DNA from: Macrostomum lignano
Taxonomy: Eukaryota
Reading direction: 5' to 3'
Assembly: GCA_002269645.1 (NCBI GenBank)
Contig: NIVC01000800.1
Location: 62,001 to 126,000, forward strand
Length of the DNA stretch: 64,000 bases
The notes beneath the pieces are model-generated. The model was given only the letters and a program-made list of their open reading frames with translations, ran no database searches and had not been told where the DNA came from. Shown in pieces: positions 29,162-40,454 of this stretch (positions are counted from its first letter, which is position 1; each line of letters starts with the position of its first letter). Both the position numbers and the translations under genes were made by a program.

Positions 29162-32100
29162 ATGCTGCTGAAGGGCAGAGCTACTGCGGTGAGCATCTTT
29201 TTGCTGCTCGTTTTGCTTCTGGTTGGAACTCGCTGCCAAGCCAGACCAGTGCGAGGACCAGGTGAGTAGCACCTGATGTAGCAAACAGAGTAACAAATAT
29301 TGTGCAAAACATCATAGCAACTACTTGATTGCTTTGCACTTGAAGGACTTCCTTTGAAACCCGCAACTTTACAGAGTCTGAAGAGCACGAGGAATTTTAT
29401 CCAGAAGAGGAAGAAGAGGAGTTTTTTCCCGGTAAAAAAGGAGGAAGTGTCGTTTCAGAAGAATGTGAGTGGTTTTTCGACAGTCCAATAAAAATGAAAA
29501 CGCGTTTAATAACTGCATTCACAACTGCGTAATGCTTGAATCGCTTCAGTGCTGAAAAAGCTCCTGGCCGGCCGAGATGAAGTGTCGCGGTCGTCAAAGG
29601 ACATCCAGAAAGGTAAATCTGTAAAAGAGATTTAGCACATTAAACTATTCAATTATTCTACAAGCTTGGAGCACCATTTTCGATCTGCAGGAAGGCGCAA
29701 ATCCGATGGCAAAAACCCGAAGGTTGTGCCGCCCGCGAGGAAAAAGCGTAAGCCACAAATTCTGCATTTTCACTGTGAAATTCTTAGTAAAATTTGCTTT
29801 GTCTTTCAGTAGAGCGCAAAGTTCACAGCCTACCAAGAATTCACCCAAGCCGGAAAGTGGGCGGAAGCAGGAAGTCTGCGCCACCGGTGAGGAAAGGTAG
29901 GTCAGGAACTTTACCTGCATAATTTGGTTTTGCTCTTCTTGCCGTAAGACACGTTGGCGGAAAGAGTTCCCTACCAAAGAGTGAGTTTCAGATAACATCA
30001 GATAGCAAGCAAACATCAATCCAAATTGGCGGTTTCAGAGAAGAACCAAAAGAATCGTAGAATCGTTTTGGGAGGCTCCGAGAGCTCCCTGCCGCCTCAG
30101 TTTAGAAGTGAGTATCAGCGCCATGACTCACAATGGCGACATTTCTGACACACTAGCATGCAATTCATCAAGAAGTTTGACTGTTTCAGAGAAGAACAAG
30201 AAGAGGATGATTGTAGGCGGCTCCGAGAGCTCCCTGCCGCCTCAGTTTAGAAGTGAGTATCAGCGCCATGACTCACAATGGCGACATTTCTGACACACTA
30301 GCATGCAATTCATCAAGAAGTTTGACTGTTTCAGAGAAGAACAAGAAGAGGATGATTGTAGGCGGCTCCGAGAGCTCCCTGCCGCCTCAGTTTAGAAGTG
30401 AGTATCAGCGCCATGACTCACAATGGCGACATTTCTGACACACTTTAGCATGAAATTGATCAAGAAGTTTGACTGTTTCAGAGAAGAACAAGAAGAGGAT
30501 GATTGTAGGCGGCTCCGAGAGCTCCCTGCCGCCTCAGTTTAGAAGTGAGTATCAGCGCCATGACTCACAATGGCGACATTTCTGACACACTAGCATGCAA
30601 TTCATCAAGAAGTTTGACTGTTTCAGAGAAGAACAAGAAGAGGATGATTGTAGGCGGCTCCGAGAGCTCCCTGCCGCCTCAGTTTAGAAGTGAGTATCAG
30701 CGCCATGACTCACAATGGCGACATTTCTGACACACTAGCATGCAATTCATCAAGAAGTTTGACTGTTTCAGAGAAGAACAAGAAGAGGATGATTGTAGGC
30801 GGCTCCGAGAGCTCCCTGCCGCCTCAGTTTAGAAGTGAGTATCAGCGCCATGACTCACAATGGCGACATTTCTGACACACTAGCATGCAATTCATCAAGA
30901 AGTTTGACTGTTTCAGAGAAGAACAAGAAGAGGATGATTGTAGGCGGCTCCGAGAGCTCCCTGCCGCCTCAGTTTAGAAGTGAGTATCAGCGCCATGACT
31001 CACAATGGCGACATTTCTGACACACTAGCATGCAATTCATCAAGAAGTTTGACTGTTTCAGAGAAGAACAAGAAGAGGATGATTGTAGGCGGCTCCGAGA
31101 GCTCCCTACCGCCTCAGTTCAGAAGTGAGTATCAGCGCCATGACTCACAATGGCGACATTTCTGACACACTAGCATGCAATTCATCAAGAAGTTTGACTG
31201 TTTCAGAGAAGAACAAGAAGAGGATGATTGTAGGCGGCTCCGAGAGCTCCCTGCCGCCTCAGTTTAGAAGTGAGTATCAGCGCCATGACTCACAATGGCG
31301 ACATTTCTGACACACTAGCATGAAATTGATCAAGAAGTTTGACTGTTTCAGAGAAGAACAAGAAGAGGATGATTGTAGGCGGCTCCGAGAGCTCCCTGCC
31401 GCCTCAATTCAGAAGTGAGTATCAGCGCCATGACTAACAATGGCGACATTTCTGACACACTTTAGCATGAAATTGATCAAGAAGTTTGACTGTTTCAGAG
31501 AAGAACAAGAAGAGGATGATTGTAGGCGGCTCTGAGAGCTCCCTGCCGCCTCAATTCAGAAGTGAGTATCAGCGCCATGACTCACAATGGCGACATTTCT
31601 GACACACTAGCATGCAATTCATCAAGAAGTTTGACTGTTTCAGAGAAGAACAAGAAGAGGATGATTGTAGGCGGCTCCGAGAGCTCCCTACCGCCTCAGT
31701 TCAGAAGTGAGTATCAGCGCCATGACTCACAATGGCGACATTTCTGACACACTTTAGCATGAAATTGATCAAGAAGTTTGACTGTTTCAGAGAAGAACAA
31801 GAAGAGGATGATTGTAGGCGGCTCCGAGAGCTTTCTACCGCCTCAGTTTAGAAGTGAGTATCAGCGCCATGACTCACAATGGCGACATTTCTGACACACT
31901 TTAGCATGCAATTGTTCAAGAAGTTTGACTGTTTCAGAGAAGAACAAGAAGAGGATGATTGTAGGCGGCTCCGAGAGCTCCCTGCCGCCTCAGTTCAGAA
32001 GTGAGTATCAGCGCCATGACTCACAATGGCGACATTTCTGACACACTTTAGCATGCAATTCATCAAGAAGTTTGACTGTTTCAGAGAAGAACAAGAAGAG

Positions 32101-35100
32101 GATGATTGTAGGCGGCTCCGAGAGCTCCCTGCCGCCTCAGTTTAGAAGTGAGTATCAGCGCCATGACTTCTAAGCGTTTAAGAGTTACGCACGTTTTTAG
32201 CACACTGGACAGGGATTAAGGTAGTAGGCAGTAGCCAGGTGAGTGCGAAAAAAACTGGGAATCGACAAAAAGGACGCCGTAATCCCAGATGATGTCGAAG
32301 AAAAAAGGCAATATAATTCGTGAAACAAAATATGAAGCAAGGAGCGCTGATAGAGATTCAGTCGTCGAAGCTTGAGGCAGAAGTTTTGCCTTGACCTTAC
32401 ATCTCGAGACTCTGTTGTGCTCCAAAAAGTTTTCTTTGGTTTCTTGAACGGTGCATGAAGCGATTGACTGGGTGAATTGCCATTTTCTGCAATTCATGCA
32501 GCAGTAAACCCTTAAGAGCGTTGAGGACATTTTTATTGATGATGGATCCGTGGTACGTGCGTTTATCTGCTTGAAAACTGGAAAAAGTGATGTATTTTAG
32601 CATCAGTCTCACTTTAAGCAGTCCAAAACAGTAGCCTAAGTTAGTGACTCAAGAAAGGACTCAAGATGGAACTCAGGACTCAAGGAAGGCAAGGCAAGAC
32701 TCTCTAAGACAATGTCGAGAACCCCTGGGAGTGGTGTTGTTCCACAAATTCAACCTGGATGAGATGTCTGGGGGCTTCTTGTCCACTCGTCCGATCAGTG
32801 ATTGATTGGCCTTCGGTCTGGTCCGGAGCTTCACTTCGGGCTCCTTTATGTCGATGAAGTTGACATCCTTTATGATACCATAGCTCGAGAGTCATTATGA
32901 ATCGATCAGCTGATCAATACTGCAGGTTCTGTGTCAGAAGAGGAGCGATCCAGCAAACGCTTCCCTTTGTCCGGATACGCAAAGGCCTCCAAGACTCCCG
33001 GGTCCAGAGGTGACAAGGACAAAGAGTTTAAAAGTGCGTCATAATTTGTCATACCCTGATAATTATTGTAGGACAGAATTTTCGTAGTTGAAAAAACTCT
33101 GAAGAAAAATTCGAAAAAATCGATAAGCGATTTGGAATCAAAGTGACGGGCACCGGGAGCTCCCGACCGCCCCAGAATGGAAGTGAGTTGCGGTGGTCAA
33201 TCTGTCAATCAAAGAAGACATTTCCAGTATCCTTAGGTCTTCAACTGCTCTGCCTCGTACTCCAGTTGATTTAAGATTCGAGTCGAACATTCGGCAGTTT
33301 AACCATTGTTAACTTTCCAAAACCATTGGAAAAGTCTGGCTTGGACGTTAGGAAACAGAAAGTTTTACTGTTTCTTTTAGCGACCCTCGAAAGGAAGGCA
33401 AGAATTTATACCGTGGACGACATAAATACCTGCATAAACGTGGGCCACAAACACCCAGGGTGCGCAGATGTCCTCAGACAGCGAAAAATGTGGTGGCCGC
33501 TTGCACAATCGAATTCAGGGTCCTTAGTCCAAGTCTCAGGTGCTTCGTCTCTTCTAAAACAACCCAAAAAATTAAAATGCATTCAACTTTTCCAAGTGCA
33601 CCCAGCTGACACTGAAACAAATGCAACTAAAACACTGCTACGCTTTAGAGAAGAACAAGAAGATCTCCAAGGCTCCTCAGGTGATCGTGGGCGGCTCTGA
33701 GAGCTCCCTGCCGCCTCAGTTTAGAAGTGAGATCCCTTTAATACTGCATCAGTTGTTATGATTTCAAAGCCAATCAAGAGCATCTGTGAACAAATATGAG
33801 TCCGTTCATTCACTGCAGAGAAGCACCGCAAAGCCAAGAAGTCAGTTCCGAAGCCAGGCTCCTCGAAGGCCTCACTACCTCCCAAGAAACCCAAGAAGAT
33901 TAAGAGTGAGTCTGTTTCTCCATTTTGCCGATTTTAAACCCTTGAATCAAGCAGTGTCTCCTGCGGTTGCAGAAATCGTCAGGCACCTTGGAATCAAAGC
34001 TGCTGAGCGCAAAAGTGAGTCTAAATTCTTCTAATTTTCTTTCGTTTTCCGAAATGATCTCATGTTAGCATGCACAGGCGACGCCCCTTGCGCGTATGCG
34101 CTTGCAGAGCAGTCGAGAGGGGCAGGCAGCAGCAGCCTGAGGGGTCAGCGCAAGCGCTTGCAAGTCAGCGACGAGGCAATCAGTCAGAGTGACCAAGCGG
34201 GTCTGGCCGCTCCACAGTCGCTCGGTCGGCTGGTGCAGCAGGGCCAGGGCCAGAAGGACGGCCTCACCGCGGCCAAGGGCCCGTAGGCAGTCGCCCAGCA
34301 GCATTTGACGATGCCGGCGCAGGGTAGCGCTCACCAGCGCGGGCCATCAGAGCGTTGGTCGACATGCGCTCCAGATAGTGCACTCCAAGCGCGTAACGCA
34401 GCAGCGATCGGTAGAGCGCGTCCAGGGCTCGCGCTCGCATCTGCGTCAGCGGCACAGCCTCCATGCCGTACAGAAGGATCGGCTCTACGACCGCGTGGAA
34501 CAGGCACACCTTCAGGTCGTCTCTGGCAGCTGAAGTGAAGACGTTCATGAAGAAGGGAGCGCGCGTCGCGCCAGGCCTGGTTCCTCCTGTCGGAGACAAT
34601 GGCACCGGGTTTATCACCAGGGTGTCGAGGTACCGGAAGTCCTCGCACGTCGCGGTGCCGTCTCCTTTGGACAGCGTGAGATTTGGGGCGGTATTTGGGC
34701 CCTCGTGCAGCGCCTCCGTCTTGCGAGAATTCACCAGCAGCCCAAGACGGGCGCCCTCGTCGCCGAGTCTTGTGATAGTGCGCTGGGCAGCGGCTGGGTC
34801 GCGACAGAGCAGCGCGATTTCGTCAGCATATGCGAGAGCGGGAAGCAAAAGGAATCGAAGCAAAACGAGAGGGCGTCTGGACCTTCGGTGTAGAATCAGT
34901 AGCTGTCATCCTCGTGGAAGGACTGATGCAGCGCATAAGTCCAAAACTACGAGGAAGCGCAGCAGAACCAGCATGTCGCCCTGAAGGACGCCTGGGCTGA
35001 TGCCGAACTCTTCTTCTGGACCGCCGCCGCTTGACATGACAAAGGCACTGGAGTCAGGATAGAGATCTATCACTGCGTACGCGTAGCAGGTACGCCATAA

Positions 35101-38100
35101 TGAGATAGGAGCCACGCGATAGCTCTGTGGTGGATCCGCCCGGGCAGAAGCCACTTTGGAGGCTCAGCAGCAGTGGGTCGAGGCCGGGTTGGATGCCGTT
35201 GCGCAGAATTGCGTTCAGCAGCTATCTCGGCTGGTGGAGGCGCCTTTCTTTGAGATGGAGACAATATTGGAGGTCCGACATTGCTGAGGAGCTAAGGCGG
35301 CCTCGTTGCCTCCAAGGCTGCAGTGCTTGTTCAGCAGGCTGGTGATGATCGGGGTGAGCTCAGGCAGCTTCAGGACCCTGGGAGGGATGGCGTCCACCCC
35401 AGCGGCGGCATCAGCTCGCATGGTCATCAGTGCTCGGCCAACCTCGCCTGCAGTGGTGGGGCCGGTGTCGAAGGCGCCTGATTGGACTGAAGCGAAGTCT
35501 GGGATCGGCAGGAGAGGCACAGTTGAAGCGGGCGCGTTGAGCACCTCGCGGTAGTGGGTGGCCAGCCGGGCCTTCCGGTGCTCGGTGGAATCAGCACCGA
35601 CGATGGTGTCGGGCTTCGGCTTCCTGCCGGTCAGCTGGTTGATGGCCCTTCTGGAAGCGCTATGGCGGCCGTTGTCAGTGGCGAGTTGGGTTTTGCTCAC
35701 TGCCACTTCGATGAAGACTTCAGTCCGCTGGGCATAGATGCGCTGCAGCTCGTCCGTGGCAGCACTGGCCTGGGCGCTGTCATGGCCGTGGAGGGCAGCA
35801 GTGCTCTCCTTCCCTTGGAGACGATGAGACTGCGGTCCCACAGAGCCTTTGGATGGTTTTCCTGTCTCCGTGGGAGAAGCGCTGCAGCATCCTCGACGGC
35901 GTGATGGAAAGACTCGAAAGACTCGTTCAAAGAAATTTGGAAGCTTTCTGAGGCGCTTTCGCATGGTGCCATTGACAGCCATCAGATCTCTGGCCTAGAA
36001 AAAACTAGATAGGAAAGGTGAGTTGGCATTGGGGATGCCACAGCTGTTCTTCACCAGGCGGCCGTCGGCTGGAAATTGCGAGTTGAAATCCCCTGCACCA
36101 AACTGTCGCCGATGTTCTTGAACTGCCAGGATGGAGACGTTGAGGTCAGCGGCCAGCCTTGTCAGCTCCTGCAGTCTCCATGTCTGACTGAGAGCGCGGG
36201 CATTGAAGGTGGCGACCCGAAGCTGGTCTTGAAGATGCGGCCGACTTGTGCCCTTGTTGGCTCTGCTTGTCACTGATCTCAGCAATGTACAGTGTTGCAT
36301 TTGACTGAAAACACCAATAATTGTACTCCTTGAGGATAACAAGAAGATCTCCAAGGCTCCTCAGGTGGGCGGCTCCGTGAGCTCCCTGGCGCCTCAGTTT
36401 AGAAGTATAAGATCTGTTTAATACTGCATCAGTTGTTGTGATTTCCAAGCCAATCAAGAGCATCTGTAAACAAATATGAGTCCGGTCATTCACTGCAGAG
36501 AAGAAGCGCAAAGTCAAGAAGGCAGTTCCGAAGCCAGACTCCTCGAAGGCCTCACTACCTCCCAAGAAACCCAAGAAGATTAAGAGTGAGTCTGTTTCTC
36601 CATTTTGCCGATTTTAAACCCTTGAATCAAGCAGTGTCTCCTGTGGTTGCAGAAGTCGTCAGGCACCTTGGAATCAAAGCTGCTGGGCAAAGTGAGTTTA
36701 GAGTATTCTAACTACATGTACCTTCGCTGTCACCTTCGATCTCGTAGTAATATTTCTACTTTGTAACAGAGAAGGAATATTGATTAAGGTGTTTGACTGT
36801 TTCAGAGAATAACAAGAAGATCGCCAAGGCTCCTCAGGTGATCGTGGGCGGCTCCGAGAGCTCCCTGGCGCCTCAGTTCAGAAGTGAGATCCCTTTATAA
36901 TATTATATCAATTTTTTATTTCAAAGCCAATCAAGAGCATCTGGGAACAAATACGAGTATGAGTCCGGTCATTCACTGCAGAGAAGAACCGCAAAGCCAA
37001 GAAGTCAGTTCCGAAGCCAGGCTCCTCGAATGCCTCACTACCTCCCAGGAAACCCAAGAAGAATAAAAGTGAGTCTGTTTTCTGTTTTCGTTGGTGTCGA
37101 CGAGAAGCGACGAGACACCCTATGCAGGTCCTTTCCAGGGTCCTTCCCTATGCAGGGCGCCCGACATGAGCCTCGAGTGAAGAGGGGGCCTTCTTATAAT
37201 AAAGTGGCGCCCCTGATGAAAGATTCTGGCTGTGCGCCTTGGCACAAGTCTGACTGCTTCATCATGTTTATTGCCCCTCGATGCATTTTGACCCAAAGGA
37301 GATGTAGCTAGATACTTGAAGTATTAAGAAAAGTTCCAGTGCTGTGTTGATACAAAAGGGAATAATAGTAAATACTTGAGCTAGCTCAATGTAATTTGGC
37401 TATAACTTCTTCATGAAATTACAGAGCAACAAATACTGCTTTCATTTTTGCTGCCTCAACGAACACGGTGCTTTAAGTTGACAAAAACTCTCTCTTTTAT
37501 ACCCACAATCCTCTGGGATTCCAAGGGAGTGACCTTGGATGGGATTCTCTATGTTTGCATCGGTGTCACGTTAAAAGTTCAGAGAACCGCGCCGACTAAG
37601 CTCGGGAGTCGGCCGTCCAAGTGACTTTCGGCCTTCTTAATCCCACTAGTGAAAATCGTCACTTTTATCGGTTTTTTTATTTTTCAGAAAAGCAAAAGAA
37701 GAGGAAAATTTTATTCAGACACGTTCGCACCGGTGGCGATGAAAGCTTGACTTCAACTGGCTCTGGAAGTGAGTGCATGCCATCTATGCTCGTATCCTCC
37801 CACATGCGATCACTCTTTTTCGAAAATTTTATTTTTACGAATCGTTCGGTTTTTTAGCACCTCAAAAAGTAAATATTGGGAAGAAGAAAAGAATTCAAAA
37901 ACGCAAGGCCGGCGGAAGTGGCGTCAAAAAGACCGGCGGAAGTGGCGTCAAAAAGACCGGCGGAAGTGGTGTAAAAAAGGCCGGCGGAAGTGGCGTCAAG
38001 AAGGCCGGCGGAAGTGGCGTCAAGAAGGCCGGCGGAAGTGGCGTCAAAAAGGCCGGCGGAAGTGGCGTCAAAAAGACCGGCGGAAGTGGCGTCAAAAAGA

Positions 38101-38624
38101 CCGACGGAAGTGGCGTCAAGAAGGCCGGCGGAAGTGGCGTCAAAAAGGTTGGTGGAAGTGGCGTCAAAAAGGCCGGCGGAAGTGGCGTCAAAAAGGCCGG
38201 CGGAAGTGGCGTCAAAAAGACCGGCGGAAGTGGCGTCAAAACAGTTGGCGGAAGTGGCGTCAAAAAGGCCGGCGGAAGTGGCGTCAAAACAGTTGGCGGA
38301 AGTGGCGTCAAAAAGGCCGGCGGAAGTGGCGTCAAAACAGTTGGCGGAAGTGGCGTCAAAAAGGCCGGCGGAAGTGGCGTCAAAAAGGCCGGCGGAAGTG
38401 GCGTCAAAAAGGCCGGCGGAAGTGGCGTCAAAAAGGCCGGTGGAAGTGGCGTCAAAAAGGCCGGCGGAAGTGCCGTCAAAAAGGCCGGCGGAAGTGCCGT
38501 AAAAAATTCCAGTGGAAGTGGCGTCAAAAAGGCCGGCGGAAGTGGCGTCAAAAAGGCCGCCGGAAGTGGCGTTAAAACGGCCCCTCTGAAGGGACCCAGC
38601 AAGGGAAAGGCAAACCAGCCTTAA
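29162..38624 (+). CDS. Secreted multi-exon Lys-rich repeat precursor, copy 1: signal peptide, acidic pro-region, xGGS peptide modules, (KKAGGSGV)n tail
   Basis: Exons: 29162-29261 (MLLKGRATAVSIFLLLVLLLVGTRCQARPVRGP), 29375-29464 (acidic), 29550-29612, 29691-29747, 29810-29896, ~29949-29980, 30039-30107, 14 x 63 nt (30190...32147), ~33088-33182, 33649-33726, 33819-33905, 33955-34014, 36499-36585, 36635-36691, 36806-36883, 36982-37068, 37688-37768 and 37858-38624. All internal exons are phase 1/1 with GT-AG; two need a 1-nt correction. Confidence 0.78.
30108..32165 (+). repeat. 145/147-bp tandem intron-exon array (14 exons of 63 nt) within gene copy 1
   Basis: Unit: TTTGACTGTTTCAG | AGAAGAAC...TTTAGAA | GTGAGT. 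The exon reads (K)KNKKRMIVGGSESSLPPQFR. Confidence 0.93.
32170..33045 (-). mobile_element. Possible decayed DNA-transposon-derived insertion in an intron
   Basis: Unique sequence interrupts the exon series. Weak inverted ends (TTACGCACGTTTT / AAAAGTGCGTCA) and broken minus-strand ORF fragments; no family assigned. Confidence 0.25.
34050..36290 (-). mobile_element. Decayed APE-RT non-LTR retrotransposon (RTE-like) with internal deletions, in an intron
   Basis: APE start LRVATFNARAL...ILAVQEHR and AGDFNS. RT motifs GVLQGD, YADEIALL, LVNSRKTE, FRYL and ILLYGME are spread over several frames. Confidence 0.8.
37905..38575 (+). repeat. 24-bp coding repeat (AAAAAGGCCGGCGGAAGTGGCGTC)n encoding (KKAGGSGV)n in the last coding exon of copy 1
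   Basis: About 28 copies. The frame is fixed by the acceptor at 37857 and by the C-terminus LKGPSKGK..QP*, which is shared with copy 2. Confidence 0.88.
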
Positions 38625-38625
38625 G

Positions 38626-38718
38626 GTAGGTAGGCCGAAGGCATTACTTCCAAGGGTGTTGAACGCATTGTAAGCTGAGCAATGGCAAGCTGATCCAATT
38701 CCTAATCTTCTCTTTCAG
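38626..38718 (+). other. 3'-UTR intron starting 1 nt after the stop codon (copy 1)
   Basis: CCTTAAG|GTAGGT...CTAATCTTCTCTTTCAG|GTGCCGAC; the same arrangement occurs in copy 2 (59578-59760). Confidence 0.65.
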
Positions 38719-39043
38719 GTGCCGACTGTCGAAGTCAGAATTGCATTCTGCGAGGCTGATGATCCGAAACATGACCAGACAAAATATATTATTTTTTCTC
38801 GGTCCGGTCAAAGTGAACAAACATTTCCTTTCTCCCCGACAATTCACATCTAGTCGCTTCTATTTTGAAAGTGCTGTCATCCTAACTACCATAACGATGT
38901 TGAGCTGAAGAAAATAAAAGCCAGGATTTAATAATGAATTGTTTTGATTCCTAAACAGGCTGTGGTTATTCAAGCAAGTTTCAAAGAACCTAAATGAATT
39001 ATTTGCGTTATTTCAACTCTGGAAAATAACTCTGAACGATGAA

Positions 39044-39237
39044 GGGCCGTATGCAGAAAGCTTAGTCCAGACTAGCTAGTCCGGACTTGGGTAGTTCAGT
39101 CTATAGTCTATGGTCCAGCTACCCTAGTTCTGTCTATAGTAGACCGGTCTAACTTTGTGTTTCTGCATACCAAATCCAAGTCTAGACTAGCTTTTCAAGA
39201 CCGGACTACCCTAGACAGAGCTTTCTGCATACGGCCC
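39044..39237. mobile_element. 194-bp MITE, PIF/Harbinger-like
   Basis: 19-bp TIR GGGCCGTATGCAGAAAGCT / AGCTTTCTGCATACGGCCC with a 3-bp GAA duplication on both flanks. Confidence 0.75.
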
Positions 39238-40454
39238 GAAATTTCATAAATGGCAAATATTTGGAGAATCAATACTATGACCGCCAGTCAGTCAACAGTG
39301 GTTCGTATTATTCTAACAAAGCAGCTCCCCTCAGGCGCGTTCTCATTAGTCCCGAAGAAGTACACAAAGAACTTTAATGCAGAGTATTTCAGAGCACAAA
39401 AACGCTCGAAAACAAACAAATTTAATTATTCTAATAAAATCTAAATTATCATTTGTTCAGAAAGAATTAGTTTTTTGTTATTAATAACAAAGCGTTAAAT
39501 TAAAAAATTAAATTTATTAAATAATAAACTAGATTAACATATTTCTATATTGAATACAATCCTCGATTACTTCGGAAAGACAGCCTCTGGTTGTGAGTTC
39601 GTATAGTTCCTTCAAAGTTTAAATTAACAAAGTTGTGTAAATACTGCTAGAAATTGTGTAATTTGTGCTTCTTAACGTTAAAAATATGATAAACATTTCA
39701 CCAGAAGGAAAATTAATATTTCTCTACATGCGCTTTATGACTCCCCAGATTTCACTTTAGCCGTGTGGAACCCGCCTGAGATGCTGTCTTTGCCTCATCA
39801 TCACTCGCTTGACTGGCTGGCAAAGTATGACTTCAGTGTTGTCGTTAGAAGGTTCTGACATTTTTAAACTCAGAACAAAAACTGAAGCAGCTAGTAGCAA
39901 CTTTGGCGTCATTGTGACAGCAGAAGTGACAACGTATATAAAAAGCGATGGTTTATCCTTTGTCTTAACATTCGTGTAAGCATTGTGTAAATTGCATCAA
40001 AATATCCCAGTGCGTGACAACGATTGACTGTCACGCAATCGTTGTCACGTGCTGCGACCGCTGATTCTTTGCATTGTTATGCTGCTTGACGATTGTATTG
40101 TCCTGCATAAAAATGTGAATAATGATCGTCAAATTGCTAGACAATGGAAAACGCGCACATTAAGCGCAAAAACAACGCAGTAGTCAGAGACTGTTCATCA
40201 GAAGTAGTTGACATTAAAAACTGAAACGTGCAATCCTTGAAGTGACAGTTCTCGAATAAGCGAACTGCGCGTTCCGAATGCATCCGACCTGCAGATTAAT
40301 GGACATTGTAAAAATTCACAGTCTCTATATAGCCATTAGTATAGCCACTAATTTACTTACAATGTTGACATATTATACTTACCATGCTTCACCCGCATCT
40401 CCTGTGTCACCTCCACTGAAGCATACATGTAGGTCGCACGGGTCGGTCAGTCGT

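Noticed and set aside
30190-30252. Acidic reading EEQEEDDCRRLRELPAASV of the repeat exon
   Set aside because: Most units have an in-frame TAG, and the phase is incompatible with the upstream exons.
30108-32165. CRISPR array interpretation of the 145-bp repeats (also 55978-59432)
   Set aside because: No unique spacers, no cas genes, eukaryotic context; the units carry splice signals.
37769-38602. Alternative frames of the 24-bp repeat (WRQKGRRK, PAEVASKR, antisense LTPLPPAF)
   Set aside because: Open only because the unit has no stops. Splice phase and paralogue C-terminal homology select KKAGGSGV.
29162-38624. Identification as a histone H1/protamine-like protein or as the known Macrostomum adhesive protein Mlig-ap1
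   Set aside because: The signal peptide rules out a nuclear protein. No globular H15, lectin, vWD or EGF domains and no GRKHS-type repeats are seen. A functional analogy to cationic adhesives remains possible.
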